A stretch of DNA of 32,000 bases. Origin: Candidatus Saccharimonadota bacterium (lineage in GTDB: Bacteria; Patescibacteriota; Saccharimonadia; Saccharimonadales; UBA4665). Numbering within the stretch: the first letter of the stretch is position 1; each line of letters starts with the position of its first letter. The notes beneath the pieces were generated by a model. It did not search any database. It saw only the letters and a list, made by a program, of their open reading frames with translations, and was not told where the DNA came from. The stretch spans positions 600,001 through 632,000 of the forward strand of contig CP025011.1 in assembly GCA_002952755.1 (NCBI GenBank), read 5' to 3'. Shown here in pieces: positions 8,112-15,309 of this stretch. Position numbers and translations under genes: made by a program.

Positions 8112-8473
8112 GTGTAAAACTGAATAATGTATTCATCGAGCACGGGGAAAAAGAACTCCTTTCAAAATCTTTGGGTCAAAAAAATACGCGTTGGTATGCT
8201 GCCGTTGCCTTGGATTTAACTGATCTATCTTCAAATCAGAAAATCGCTGAATGGTTCTACCTAATGTTATGTTCGCCTGAGTACGCTAAACAACCTTTTA
8301 AAAGGGGCCCGCATATCGAAACCGACCAACCCTATGTCGTGGTCCAAGACCAATTAGATATGGACAAGGCATTAAAGATCGCAGAAGACAAAGTGAAAAT
8401 TATTCAGGCCGATAACTGGGACGAGTTCTATACTAAAATGAGCGAAGAATTCCTATATGAAGATAAGGCCTAA
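8105..8473 (+). CDS. Putative cognate immunity protein (acidic, Imm8-like motif pattern)
   Basis: AGGAGG at 8093-8098 lies 6 nt before ATG 8105. The ATG at 8099 given in the ORF track has zero spacer. The start overlaps the Rhs stop (ATGGTAA, TAA at 8109-8111). The protein has 21 D/E against 15 K/R. The motifs WFYLMLCSPEY, PYVVVQD and NWDEFYTKMSEEFLYED resemble my recollection of Imm8 family proteins (FxVxVCTPxW ... hLIV ... TWxEVxxKLxxxxxWEFEDY). Confidence 0.7.
   Translation: MVSVKLNNVFIEHGEKELLSKSLGQKNTRWYAAVALDLTDLSSNQKIAEWFYLMLCSPEYAKQPFKRGPHIETDQPYVVVQDQLDMDKALKIAEDKVKIIQADNWDEFYTKMSEEFLYEDKA
8192..8360 (+). repeat. Direct repeat copy 1 (169 bp, inside the immunity gene)
   Basis: By base-by-base comparison it is identical to 9211-9379 (offset 1019 bp). 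Confidence 0.95.
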
Positions 8474-8481
8474 ACTGAAAG

Positions 8482-8907
8482 ATGGTAAGTAATTCAGTTG
8501 ACGAAGTCATTCATAAAATTAAGCACGTATACGATGCTGATATATCAATCCAAAATGAAGGAAATCAGTTCATCGACAAAAGGTTAACTATTAAAGACCT
8601 ACATGATAATGGAGTTACGATAGAGCTTAGTTTTAACAGTGAGGGTAAGGCTTCTATGCTTCAGCTACTGGGCTTTAAAGACGCAAATTTCAATATAGCG
8701 GAAGAATATACAAGCAATACAATATTGGAAGCAGTTTTTTTGTTAATGCAGGGTGATTTTAGTATAAAAAGAAGCGTATTTGGCCGCCCGTCACTGCTCG
8801 TTAAACAATTTGGAATAAAATTTAAAGCGACAGGCGGCACTAGAGTAGACGTTGGACCATACGCAAACTCTGCCAGCAAGGAAGAATCTAAATACGCTGA
8901 CCTTTAG
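8482..8907 (+). CDS. Hypothetical protein (141 aa) in the toxin/immunity cassette; possible second immunity or accessory protein
   Basis: The ORF starts 8 nt after the immunity-gene stop on the same strand. It is AT-rich (about 35% GC in 8521-8580 by hand count). I see no recognisable motifs, signal peptide or TM segment. Confidence 0.6.
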   Translation: MVSNSVDEVIHKIKHVYDADISIQNEGNQFIDKRLTIKDLHDNGVTIELSFNSEGKASMLQLLGFKDANFNIAEEYTSNTILEAVFLLMQGDFSIKRSVFGRPSLLVKQFGIKFKATGGTRVDVGPYANSASKEESKYADL

Positions 8908-8937
8908 GACGCCAGCTTAGGGGAGTAAAATAACGGC

Positions 8938-9405
8938 ATGCGCATAGAAGACTTCGAAGCAGCTATAGCTGCTACTGGACTAGTCGGCGCAGGTGCAGTT
9001 ACTAAACTTGCCGCGAAAGCTGTAGATCATGCTGCCTTAGCTGGGAAGAGTGCTAATATAATTGCACGTGCAGCGGAGGGCGCTGGTGCCAAATTGGCAA
9101 GAGCTCAATCAAACTTGCCACTAGTGGGGAGTGCGAGCAGAGTTTTTAGGAGATATATCAGCTACAATGAAAAAATATGTAGTTCAGCATACCAAATAAG
9201 TCTAGGAGGATGGTATGCTGCCGTTGCCTTGGATTTAACTGATCTATCTTCAAATCAGAAAATCGCTGAATGGTTCTACCTAATGTTATGTTCGCCTGAG
9301 TACGCTAAACAACCTTTTAAAAGGGGCCCGCATATCGAAACCGACCAACCCTATGTCGTGGTCCAAGACCAATTAGATAAACTACAACCTGACTACTTGT
9401 TCTAA
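8938..9405 (+). CDS. Orphan divergent toxin-tip fragment fused in frame to a truncated copy of the immunity gene (probable recombination remnant)
   Basis: It has its own ATG with GGGGAG 12 nt upstream. Residues 1-91 (..ATGLVGAGAVTKLAAKAV...RVFRRYISYNEK...ISLGGW) align loosely with the last ~110 aa of the Rhs tip (..AGLAAVGGAFGVARLATKAT...EQFRRSITYASR...LRIGGW). Residues 92-147 are identical to immunity residues W-Y-A-A-V...VVQDQLD. The last 8 aa (KLQPDYLF) are unrelated. Confidence 0.6.
   Translation: MRIEDFEAAIAATGLVGAGAVTKLAAKAVDHAALAGKSANIIARAAEGAGAKLARAQSNLPLVGSASRVFRRYISYNEKICSSAYQISLGGWYAAVALDLTDLSSNQKIAEWFYLMLCSPEYAKQPFKRGPHIETDQPYVVVQDQLDKLQPDYLF
9211..9379 (+). repeat. Direct repeat copy 2 (169 bp, inside the orphan fusion ORF)
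   Basis: It is identical to 8192-8360. The 12 nt preceding it (taggaggatggt, 9203-9214, overlapping the repeat start) also occur at 8092-8103. Confidence 0.95.
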
Positions 9406-9639
9406 TATTTGCTATAATACTGCCCCAACCAAGATATTCTCTTTAGGAATTAATAGGTTTTCCCTCTGGAAACCGCCAAGCCATTGATGAGGATGTGAGC
9501 GCGGCGGCGGAGTATGGAGCCAGAGCCGTTAATCTTGAACATCATCAGCTGTTAAAATTAAGGTCTTTCGAGGTGATAACCTGAGGAGCGCGGCTATGAG
9601 CCCTTCGAGCATTTTCATCTTGCTTCTGCATCTGGAGAT

Positions 9640-10383
9640 CTACTTATCTAAAAACTCCTGTACCACATTCGCTAGAATCATCCCACCTTTTGTATTAAGA
9701 TGAACACCATCGACATGATATTTCCAACCATTCATTTCAGCTATTTCATCGAAACTATGACGCAGAATAAATTCACGCCAATAATAATCGCGAAAAAAGG
9801 AACGCCAACGAAATTCAGTAAACGCTTTACCGGGTGAAGCCTCTATTTGTTCTTCGAGTTTTTCGTAAAAGGGAATGTAGTCCACGCCTTCCTGTTCCGC
9901 AACTTCCTTGATAATGCCCGCGAACTCCTTTGCCAGCTGGGCGAGGCGGGCCTGGTTTGGGTTCCGGGAGTGCGGGTCCTCGCCGATAAGGGGCAGTGAG
10001 GTGAGACCGATCCGGGCGGAAGTCGTGGATTTCAGCTTCCTCACAATCGCCTCCAGGTTCTCGCGATACCACTCAGATGTGGGTTCGGTCGGTAGTCGTT
10101 TCCAGCGGGTCTCGACTCGCCTTACGATCGGAAATGCTTGGCAGAGGAGGTCGTTCCCGCCGGTGATGAGGACGACATAGTCCGGGTGGACGGCGATTGT
10201 CTTGTGCAGGCGTTGCAGCGTTTTGTAGGCCACATCGCCGCCGATGCCGCGGTTGACGAACTTGAGGTGCTCGTTCTGGGGGCGTCGCTCCAGCTCCTTG
10301 ATCCAGTTGAAGACGCCATGGGCGGCAGCAGTACTACTTCCCACACAGGCAACGATTCCTGATTGCTGATTTTGATCCTGCAT
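9640..10383 (-). CDS. SGNH/GDSL-family hydrolase (lipase or esterase-like)
   Basis: The SGNH blocks are present: VACVGSSTAAAHG (block I Ser), NRGIGGD (block II Gly), ITGGNDL (block III Asn), DGVHLN (block V His). GAGGGGG lies upstream of the ATG. Confidence 0.8.
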   Translation of the reverse strand: MQDQNQQSGIVACVGSSTAAAHGVFNWIKELERRPQNEHLKFVNRGIGGDVAYKTLQRLHKTIAVHPDYVVLITGGNDLLCQAFPIVRRVETRWKRLPTEPTSEWYRENLEAIVRKLKSTTSARIGLTSLPLIGEDPHSRNPNQARLAQLAKEFAGIIKEVAEQEGVDYIPFYEKLEEQIEASPGKAFTEFRWRSFFRDYYWREFILRHSFDEIAEMNGWKYHVDGVHLNTKGGMILANVVQEFLDK

Positions 10384-10653
10384 ATAAATAAACCCCCCCT
10401 CATTAAAATAAAAATTAATTACATACTAATTCTGAAGCAACATTGCCGTCAACCCCCTTCGGGCTATCTTGAAACGAGGAATCTATCATCTAATCAAACT
10501 AGCGCATAAAGCGATACATCAATCATTGCGCAGTATTGAGGATACAGTTATCTCTCGACGCCGTCCCATACCAGCTTCGCATTATCAAAGCGGTTCTCGG
10601 TGTAACCAGAGGCTACAGCATCAATGATACACTCCGGTGGTATCGGTGTAGCG

Positions 10654-11268
10654 TTAGGATTTTTGTTGTTCCAGGTAGGCTTTTGCCTCAGGATGGTGAG
10701 CTTTAATATTTTGAGCAGCAAGCTCGGCGGTTTGAGCTACTCGTACAGCGCGTGTCTCTGGTCGTTTAGCTGCGGCGATCCATTGAAAGATCCAGCGTTT
10801 TGATGTCTTAGGAAATGCTTGAAAGTTCTGAAGTGCAGCCTTATCTTTATCGAAGAGCTTTTGGAGGTCTTCAGGGATAGTAACATTTATAGGTTCATCC
10901 ATCGCGTCCCATGTCTTGATCGCCTGGGCGTGATCGATAAGCACTTGACCTTGTGGCTGCATGAGCCCTTGCTCTATCATCTTTTCTGCAAGCTGACGAT
11001 ACTTTGAGCCCCAGACGCTTTTGGGATTTCGCGGCATACAACAGATGTAGAACGTGTCGTCATTTACTTTATGCAATTTATTGTCGGTCCAGCCGTAACA
11101 TACGGCGTGCTCAATGACCTCATACATTCTCATGCCAGGTAGCATACTGGACTTGTAGCGCGCTAATACCCAGATCTTTCTATCGGTTTGACCGTTTTTC
11201 TCAAGCCAAGATCGCCATTCTGCCGGTGTAGTGGCGTTGAATACAGGCGCATTGTCAATCGTTTTCAT
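10654..11268 (-). CDS. YdeI/OmpD-associated (OmdA) family protein
   Basis: PAEWRSWLEKNG...IWVL...AVCYGWTDNKLHKVNDDTFYICCMPRNPKSVWG...ALQNFQAFPKTSKRWIFQWIAAAKRPETRAVRV matches the pattern I associate with YdeI-type proteins. Confidence 0.65.
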   Translation of the reverse strand: MKTIDNAPVFNATTPAEWRSWLEKNGQTDRKIWVLARYKSSMLPGMRMYEVIEHAVCYGWTDNKLHKVNDDTFYICCMPRNPKSVWGSKYRQLAEKMIEQGLMQPQGQVLIDHAQAIKTWDAMDEPINVTIPEDLQKLFDKDKAALQNFQAFPKTSKRWIFQWIAAAKRPETRAVRVAQTAELAAQNIKAHHPEAKAYLEQQKS

Positions 11269-11350
11269 CGCATGTCTTTCTCAGGTCATTAATTAAAAGT
11301 AGGTATAGGCGAGAAAGCCTACACCTACTTTGCGTCTACCCATGTCCTAC

Positions 11351-11671
11351 TTATCGAGCGAGAATCTCGTAGACTTCCATGCTGCCCTGGCCGGAGGTTA
11401 CGCCCGGTGCGCTAGCTGCGAGTTTTTCCGCTGCTTCAAAACTGTCGGCTTCGACAATAGTAAAGCCACCCAGAAGGTTATCGGCTGTAGCTGTGCCGTC
11501 CGTAGTGACGCTCTTTCCGCCAAACTTAAAAGCTTCGCCGCTCTTGGCTGCTTCGCCAAGGGATCTCGTCCAGACATCCCAGGCAGATATTGTTTTTTGA
11601 ACTTCTTCTGGTGGCAATGTGGTCCAGTCGAAAGCTTCGCGAGATTTGTATATCAAAGCGTATTGTGTCAT
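11351..11671 (-). CDS. YciI/YCII-related (DGPF-like) small protein
   Basis: This is a 106-aa ORF with AAGGAG 8 nt upstream of its ATG. GGFTIVEADSFEAAEKLAASAPGV...MEVYEI parallels the C-terminal half of YciI-type proteins (..[22 protein letters not shown]..). Confidence 0.6.
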   Translation of the reverse strand: MTQYALIYKSREAFDWTTLPPEEVQKTISAWDVWTRSLGEAAKSGEAFKFGGKSVTTDGTATADNLLGGFTIVEADSFEAAEKLAASAPGVTSGQGSMEVYEILAR

Positions 11672-11775
11672 GGAGAGAACTCCTTTTAGTAATGAATAAT
11701 ACTGAGTATAGAAGGATTACTTGGAAAAGACAAGCGAATTGTTATCAATCCAGAAAGTATAGTAAACTATATATT

Positions 11776-12252
11776 ATGAAATCAACTGGAATTACTGGCA
11801 ATTGCCCTATAAATTTTACGCTAGAAACGCTTGGCAATCGCTGGGCATTATTGATTGTCCGCGATATAGCTTTTTATGGTAAGCGGACATATGGAGAGTT
11901 TTTGCGTTCTGAGGAAGGCATTACTACTAGTATGCTAGCGGATCGATTGCTGGTGTTGGAAAAACAAGGCATGATCATTAAAAAGCGTTCAAATACCGAT
12001 CGGCGTAAAGAGATTTACACATTAGATCGACGTGGCTATACACTAGTTCCATTGTTACTTGAGCTTTCACGCTGGGGTATGTATGAGAACGGTTTAGCTG
12101 ATCTCAATCCAGCTTGGGTAGAACAGCTGCAAACTAACCATGACGCGCTGGTGCAGCTTATTTACGAAACGCTCGACGAAGGTGGTTCAGTGTTTAGGGG
12201 AGAGAGAAGCGTGGTTGAGAAGCTTGGCATCCAAATATATTCTAACAAGTAG
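11776..12252 (+). CDS. HxlR (DUF24) family transcriptional regulator, paralog 1, with a C-terminal extension
   Basis: MKSTGITGNCPINFTLETLGNRWALLIVRDIAFYGKRTYGEFLRS..ITTSMLADRLLVLEKQGMI..R..YTL is the classic HxlR winged-helix signature with a conserved N-terminal Cys. I chose the ATG at 11776 because the ORF-track start at 11590 overlaps the divergent gene. Confidence 0.85.
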   Translation: MKSTGITGNCPINFTLETLGNRWALLIVRDIAFYGKRTYGEFLRSEEGITTSMLADRLLVLEKQGMIIKKRSNTDRRKEIYTLDRRGYTLVPLLLELSRWGMYENGLADLNPAWVEQLQTNHDALVQLIYETLDEGGSVFRGERSVVEKLGIQIYSNK

Positions 12253-12337
12253 TCGCGTGCAGCAGTAGCACGGTACGAATTAGTAGTACAGAGAACATAA
12301 AGCGCCAGATATGATGCCTTAGCCGGAGCTCATGTAT

Positions 12338-13144
12338 TCAAAGTTGTTCCTGGAAGAATGCAGCCAGTACAGGTACAAGCTTATCTGCTTTTAGGTTGTG
12401 CGTTTGATCTTGAAGGAGATGGTAGCGGGCATTCGGAAGGAAACTCGCGAGCATTCTCTCGCTATGCTGCATCCATTGAGGACTTTTTCCTCCTGCTCCC
12501 ACCCACGTCGGCATTGCAACATGCCGCCATTGAGTCTTCGGTAATGGAACGCCAGTCTGATAGGGAGTCGTAATAGTAAAATCATTAACGAGTGTGAGGG
12601 CGATTGACTTCATCTTGGGCCAGACTGGGGTTAATCGCAAAATAACAGAGAAGACGCCGGGAAGCTCGATGCTTTTAAAGAAGAACTTAATCGCATCCTT
12701 ACGCCGGTTCTCTTCGGCCAGAGTCTGCATACGGCGTAGGTCTTTTTCTCCAAGGGGGAAACGATCACTATTTGTGATAAGTGGCGCTTCATACACGGCA
12801 AGTTTTTTGATGACCCGAGGCCCAAGTAGATCTGCGGCCTCTAGTGATAAGATAGCACCCGACGACTGACCAAACACATAGACCGAACCACCGGCTAAAG
12901 TAATTATCGATTCCAGATCTTCGATCTCTCGCTGGGCAGCATATGGCTGTGTGTCACCGCTTTCGCCCCGACCTCGCCGATCGTACAAGTAAACTGTAAA
13001 GTTTTGCGAGAGCAGTTTGGCTATTTTGCGACCAGGGCCGGAGTCATGGTAACATAACGCACCATCAACTAGCACTACAGCTGGTCCGTTCCCACTTACT
13101 TCGTAGGCGATGGATGTGCCGTCCTTAGATGTTGTTTTTAGCAT
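12338..13144 (-). CDS. Alpha/beta-fold hydrolase
   Basis: It has the nucleophile elbow GQSSGA, an HG-like oxyanion region (VVLVDGAL) and a late His (QDQTHNL). It starts 4 nt after the upstream VOC gene stop, so the two likely form an operon. Confidence 0.8.
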   Translation of the reverse strand: MLKTTSKDGTSIAYEVSGNGPAVVLVDGALCYHDSGPGRKIAKLLSQNFTVYLYDRRGRGESGDTQPYAAQREIEDLESIITLAGGSVYVFGQSSGAILSLEAADLLGPRVIKKLAVYEAPLITNSDRFPLGEKDLRRMQTLAEENRRKDAIKFFFKSIELPGVFSVILRLTPVWPKMKSIALTLVNDFTITTPYQTGVPLPKTQWRHVAMPTWVGAGGKSPQWMQHSERMLASFLPNARYHLLQDQTHNLKADKLVPVLAAFFQEQL

Positions 13145-13147
13145 TAC

Positions 13148-13549
13148 CTATCCTTCATATATCGCCATCCAGAGATGACCATCTAAATCTCTAAAATATC
13201 CCACATAGCCCCAAGGTTTTTGACTGGGCTCTTCCGGGATAGTCGCACCCGCGGCTCGCGCTTTCTCGACAAGTGCATGTACGTCGTCCTTAGAATCAAG
13301 ACTAAGCGCCATTACGCACTCAGAGGTGCCTGGCCGTGCCACTTGATTACCGGGAGCAATCCACGCAAAACCGTCACTAGGTACAAGCATAAAATGAAGA
13401 CCAGAGTTAACCTGAAACACAACAGGCTCAGGTCGTTCGCCTTTTTTGGTCTCGACAACGAGCTTGAAGTTCATGCCTTTCCAGTAAAATTGATAGGCTC
13501 GCTCAAGATCGTTCGTTGGCATGCTGATAGTTACAAAGGTTGTTTGCAT
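13148..13549 (-). CDS. VOC/glyoxalase-bleomycin resistance family protein
   Basis: FYWKGMNFKL...PWGYVGYFRDLDGHLW is typical of the glyoxalase/VOC fold. I chose the ATG at 13549 (MQTTFVTI..) preceded by GGAGGAG; the alternative upstream ATG at 13582 cannot be excluded. Confidence 0.75.
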   Translation of the reverse strand: MQTTFVTISMPTNDLERAYQFYWKGMNFKLVVETKKGERPEPVVFQVNSGLHFMLVPSDGFAWIAPGNQVARPGTSECVMALSLDSKDDVHALVEKARAAGATIPEEPSQKPWGYVGYFRDLDGHLWMAIYEG

Positions 13550-13619
13550 AAATGGGTTATCTCCTCCATGAGAGCATAACACGCTTCCATTATGGGAGCA
13601 ATAATGCTACAATTGATGA

Positions 13620-14072
13620 ATGAAACGAAACGATAGAAAATCTGATTGCGCTATTAATTACGCTTTGGATATGATCGGCGACCCTTGGTCGATGCTTATT
13701 GTGCGTGACATTGTATACTTTGGCAAACGAACCTTTGGCGAGTTTTTAGCCTCTCAGGAACGGATCGCTACCAGTGCTTTATCCAGACGTCTGATCGATC
13801 TAGAGTATAAGGGCATCTTAGACAAAACAACCTCGCTCGAAGATAAGCGCAAAGAAACCTATACACTCACCAACAAAGGCCTGGATCTAATCCCCACCAT
13901 GCTTGAGCTAGCTGCCTGGGGAGCTCGGTATGATGCGAATACTGGTGCTTCGTCGGCATGGATAACCGCCGTCGAGCAGGATAAACCGGCTATGATAGAC
14001 CGCATCCGCCAGGCAGTTCGAACGGGGAATGCTGTATTTTCTGAGGGCAAAGAAGCAACCTGGTCGCTTTAG
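13620..14072 (+). CDS. HxlR (DUF24) family transcriptional regulator, paralog 2
   Basis: SDCAINYALDMIGDPWSMLIVRDIVYFGKRTFGEFLAS..IATSALSRRLIDLEYKGIL...ETYTLT. It is divergent from the VOC/hydrolase operon. Confidence 0.85.
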   Translation: MKRNDRKSDCAINYALDMIGDPWSMLIVRDIVYFGKRTFGEFLASQERIATSALSRRLIDLEYKGILDKTTSLEDKRKETYTLTNKGLDLIPTMLELAAWGARYDANTGASSAWITAVEQDKPAMIDRIRQAVRTGNAVFSEGKEATWSL

Positions 14073-14131
14073 CAATGACCTGGCAGAAGACCTCAAGAGA
14101 GCCCGGTATCAGCTCGACAGAGCCTAATGTA

Positions 14132-14956
14132 TCACGATAAGTCTGGTATGTCAGCGGCATACGGATCACGTGCTCTCACTAGTCCACCAAAGAACTCGCC
14201 TGGGTCATAATTTCCCTCATTCCAGTTTGCTATATATAGTGGTTCATTGATTCCGAGCAGCTTTGCGGCCTCAGTGGGCAGCTTCTTAAATGACTCTTTA
14301 ATAACAAATCGAGCCAATCCTAGCTCACGAGCTTGAGGTTGTCTAATGGCCCCAGCATCCTCATAGAATTGTATAGCAGCAGGTTCATCCGGAAGGGGGT
14401 TTGTGGTCGTTCGCGCTTTCGCCCGCGGAAGATCATCGAGAGATGCAATTGAAGCGAGCCTGGCAAGATGACCGCGCCATACTTTGTCCATCTGTTTTTG
14501 ATATCGCAAGTACTCGGGAGTACCCACATCATAGGTGAGCGGTAATTCAACGCTCATCATATGCGGTATGCCGCGGTCCAGCTCATCGTTTTCGTATACG
14601 GCATGCCGTATACCTAGCTTAGCCATCACGCGCGTCATTCGAGGGTCGACAGTAGGGTTGACATATGCAGTGTTTGGCCCCGGGAAGCGGGCATTGTGGA
14701 ACGATAGGATCAGGTCAAATTCTGAAAACATTCCTCGGAGCTCAGCTGATCGTCGTCGTTCATAGAGCGGCGAGTCGGGGTTTGGTTGAGCGCTAAAAGC
14801 AAGCTCTACGTCAATATAGCGCTCACCTAAGTCTACCGCCCTCGGGTTTCCTAGTATGGGTACGACTCCCGGGATAGGGTCAGCCTCTAATGATGCATAG
14901 AGGTCTATGGGGTATGGCTCGTTGCCGTGGACGCTGCACAATGCACCAATAAGCAT
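14132..14956 (-). CDS. Succinylglutamate desuccinylase/aspartoacylase (AstE/AspA) family zinc deacylase-like protein
   Basis: It has an N-terminal SVHGNE (the GxHGNE zinc motif) and a later DLILSFHNARFPGP, which is comparable to the DLHNTTxNMG region of aspartoacylases. Confidence 0.55.
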   Translation of the reverse strand: MLIGALCSVHGNEPYPIDLYASLEADPIPGVVPILGNPRAVDLGERYIDVELAFSAQPNPDSPLYERRRSAELRGMFSEFDLILSFHNARFPGPNTAYVNPTVDPRMTRVMAKLGIRHAVYENDELDRGIPHMMSVELPLTYDVGTPEYLRYQKQMDKVWRGHLARLASIASLDDLPRAKARTTTNPLPDEPAAIQFYEDAGAIRQPQARELGLARFVIKESFKKLPTEAAKLLGINEPLYIANWNEGNYDPGEFFGGLVRARDPYAADIPDLS

Positions 14957-15023
14957 GATCGTTGATTAAACACTGCACCATGACACAGGTCAAGTAGCAC
15001 TGGAAGCATTTTGCACAGTGTGC

Positions 15024-15257
15024 TCAGGGTGCAAATGCCTCAATAGCTGTGCGGGCCGGCGGATGAATGCTAATTGCGATTGTGGCCTCAAAACCACGAC
15101 CTATTTTGGCCGAATCAACTTCAGCATGATAGCCACTGACTATTTGTTTTCGTTCGAGTGCTTTGTTCGTTCTAGCAACGTGTAGGGCGATACCTCTGCC
15201 AGCGAATACGGATGCCATACTCGCTGATGTCGATCCCTGGCAGCGGGCATCATGCAT
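15024..15257 (-). pseudogene. Lrp/AsnC-family regulator fragment (truncated at both ends)
   Basis: ..ARTNKALERKQIVSGYHAEVDSAKIGRGFEATIAISIHPPARTAIEAF.. aligns with the Lrp segment ..RVRRLERQGFIQGYTALLNP..LLVFVEITLNRGAPDVFEQF... The ORF has only 77 codons and a stop replaces the remaining ~70 aa of the RAM domain. The N-terminal HTH is degenerate. Confidence 0.45.
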
Positions 15258-15309
15258 CCCTATCCCTTTTTCGTTTGCTTAGCTATACTATTTAGCACTA
15301 GGGGGTAAC

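Noticed and set aside
9827-10403. Four overlapping ORFs (9827-10072 -, 9908-10180 +, 10122-10403 -, 10138-10362 +) on and around the SGNH hydrolase gene.
   Set aside because: They are Arg/Pro/Gly/Ala-rich translations caused by the locally very high GC. The SGNH frame carries all four catalytic blocks and is the real gene.
11590-11775. A long N-terminal extension of HxlR-1 (ORF-track start at 11590) and the antisense ORFs 11330-11689 and 11379-11600.
   Set aside because: The extension overlaps the divergent YciI-like gene and has no HxlR homology. HxlR proteins start about 10 residues before the conserved Cys-Pro motif, which fits the ATG at 11776.
12253-12337. A short stem (cgtgc-N7-gcacg) after HxlR-1, and similarly weak stems in other convergent gaps, considered as intrinsic terminators.
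   Set aside because: The stems are 5 bp or shorter and are not followed by T-tracts, so they are not distinguishable from chance.
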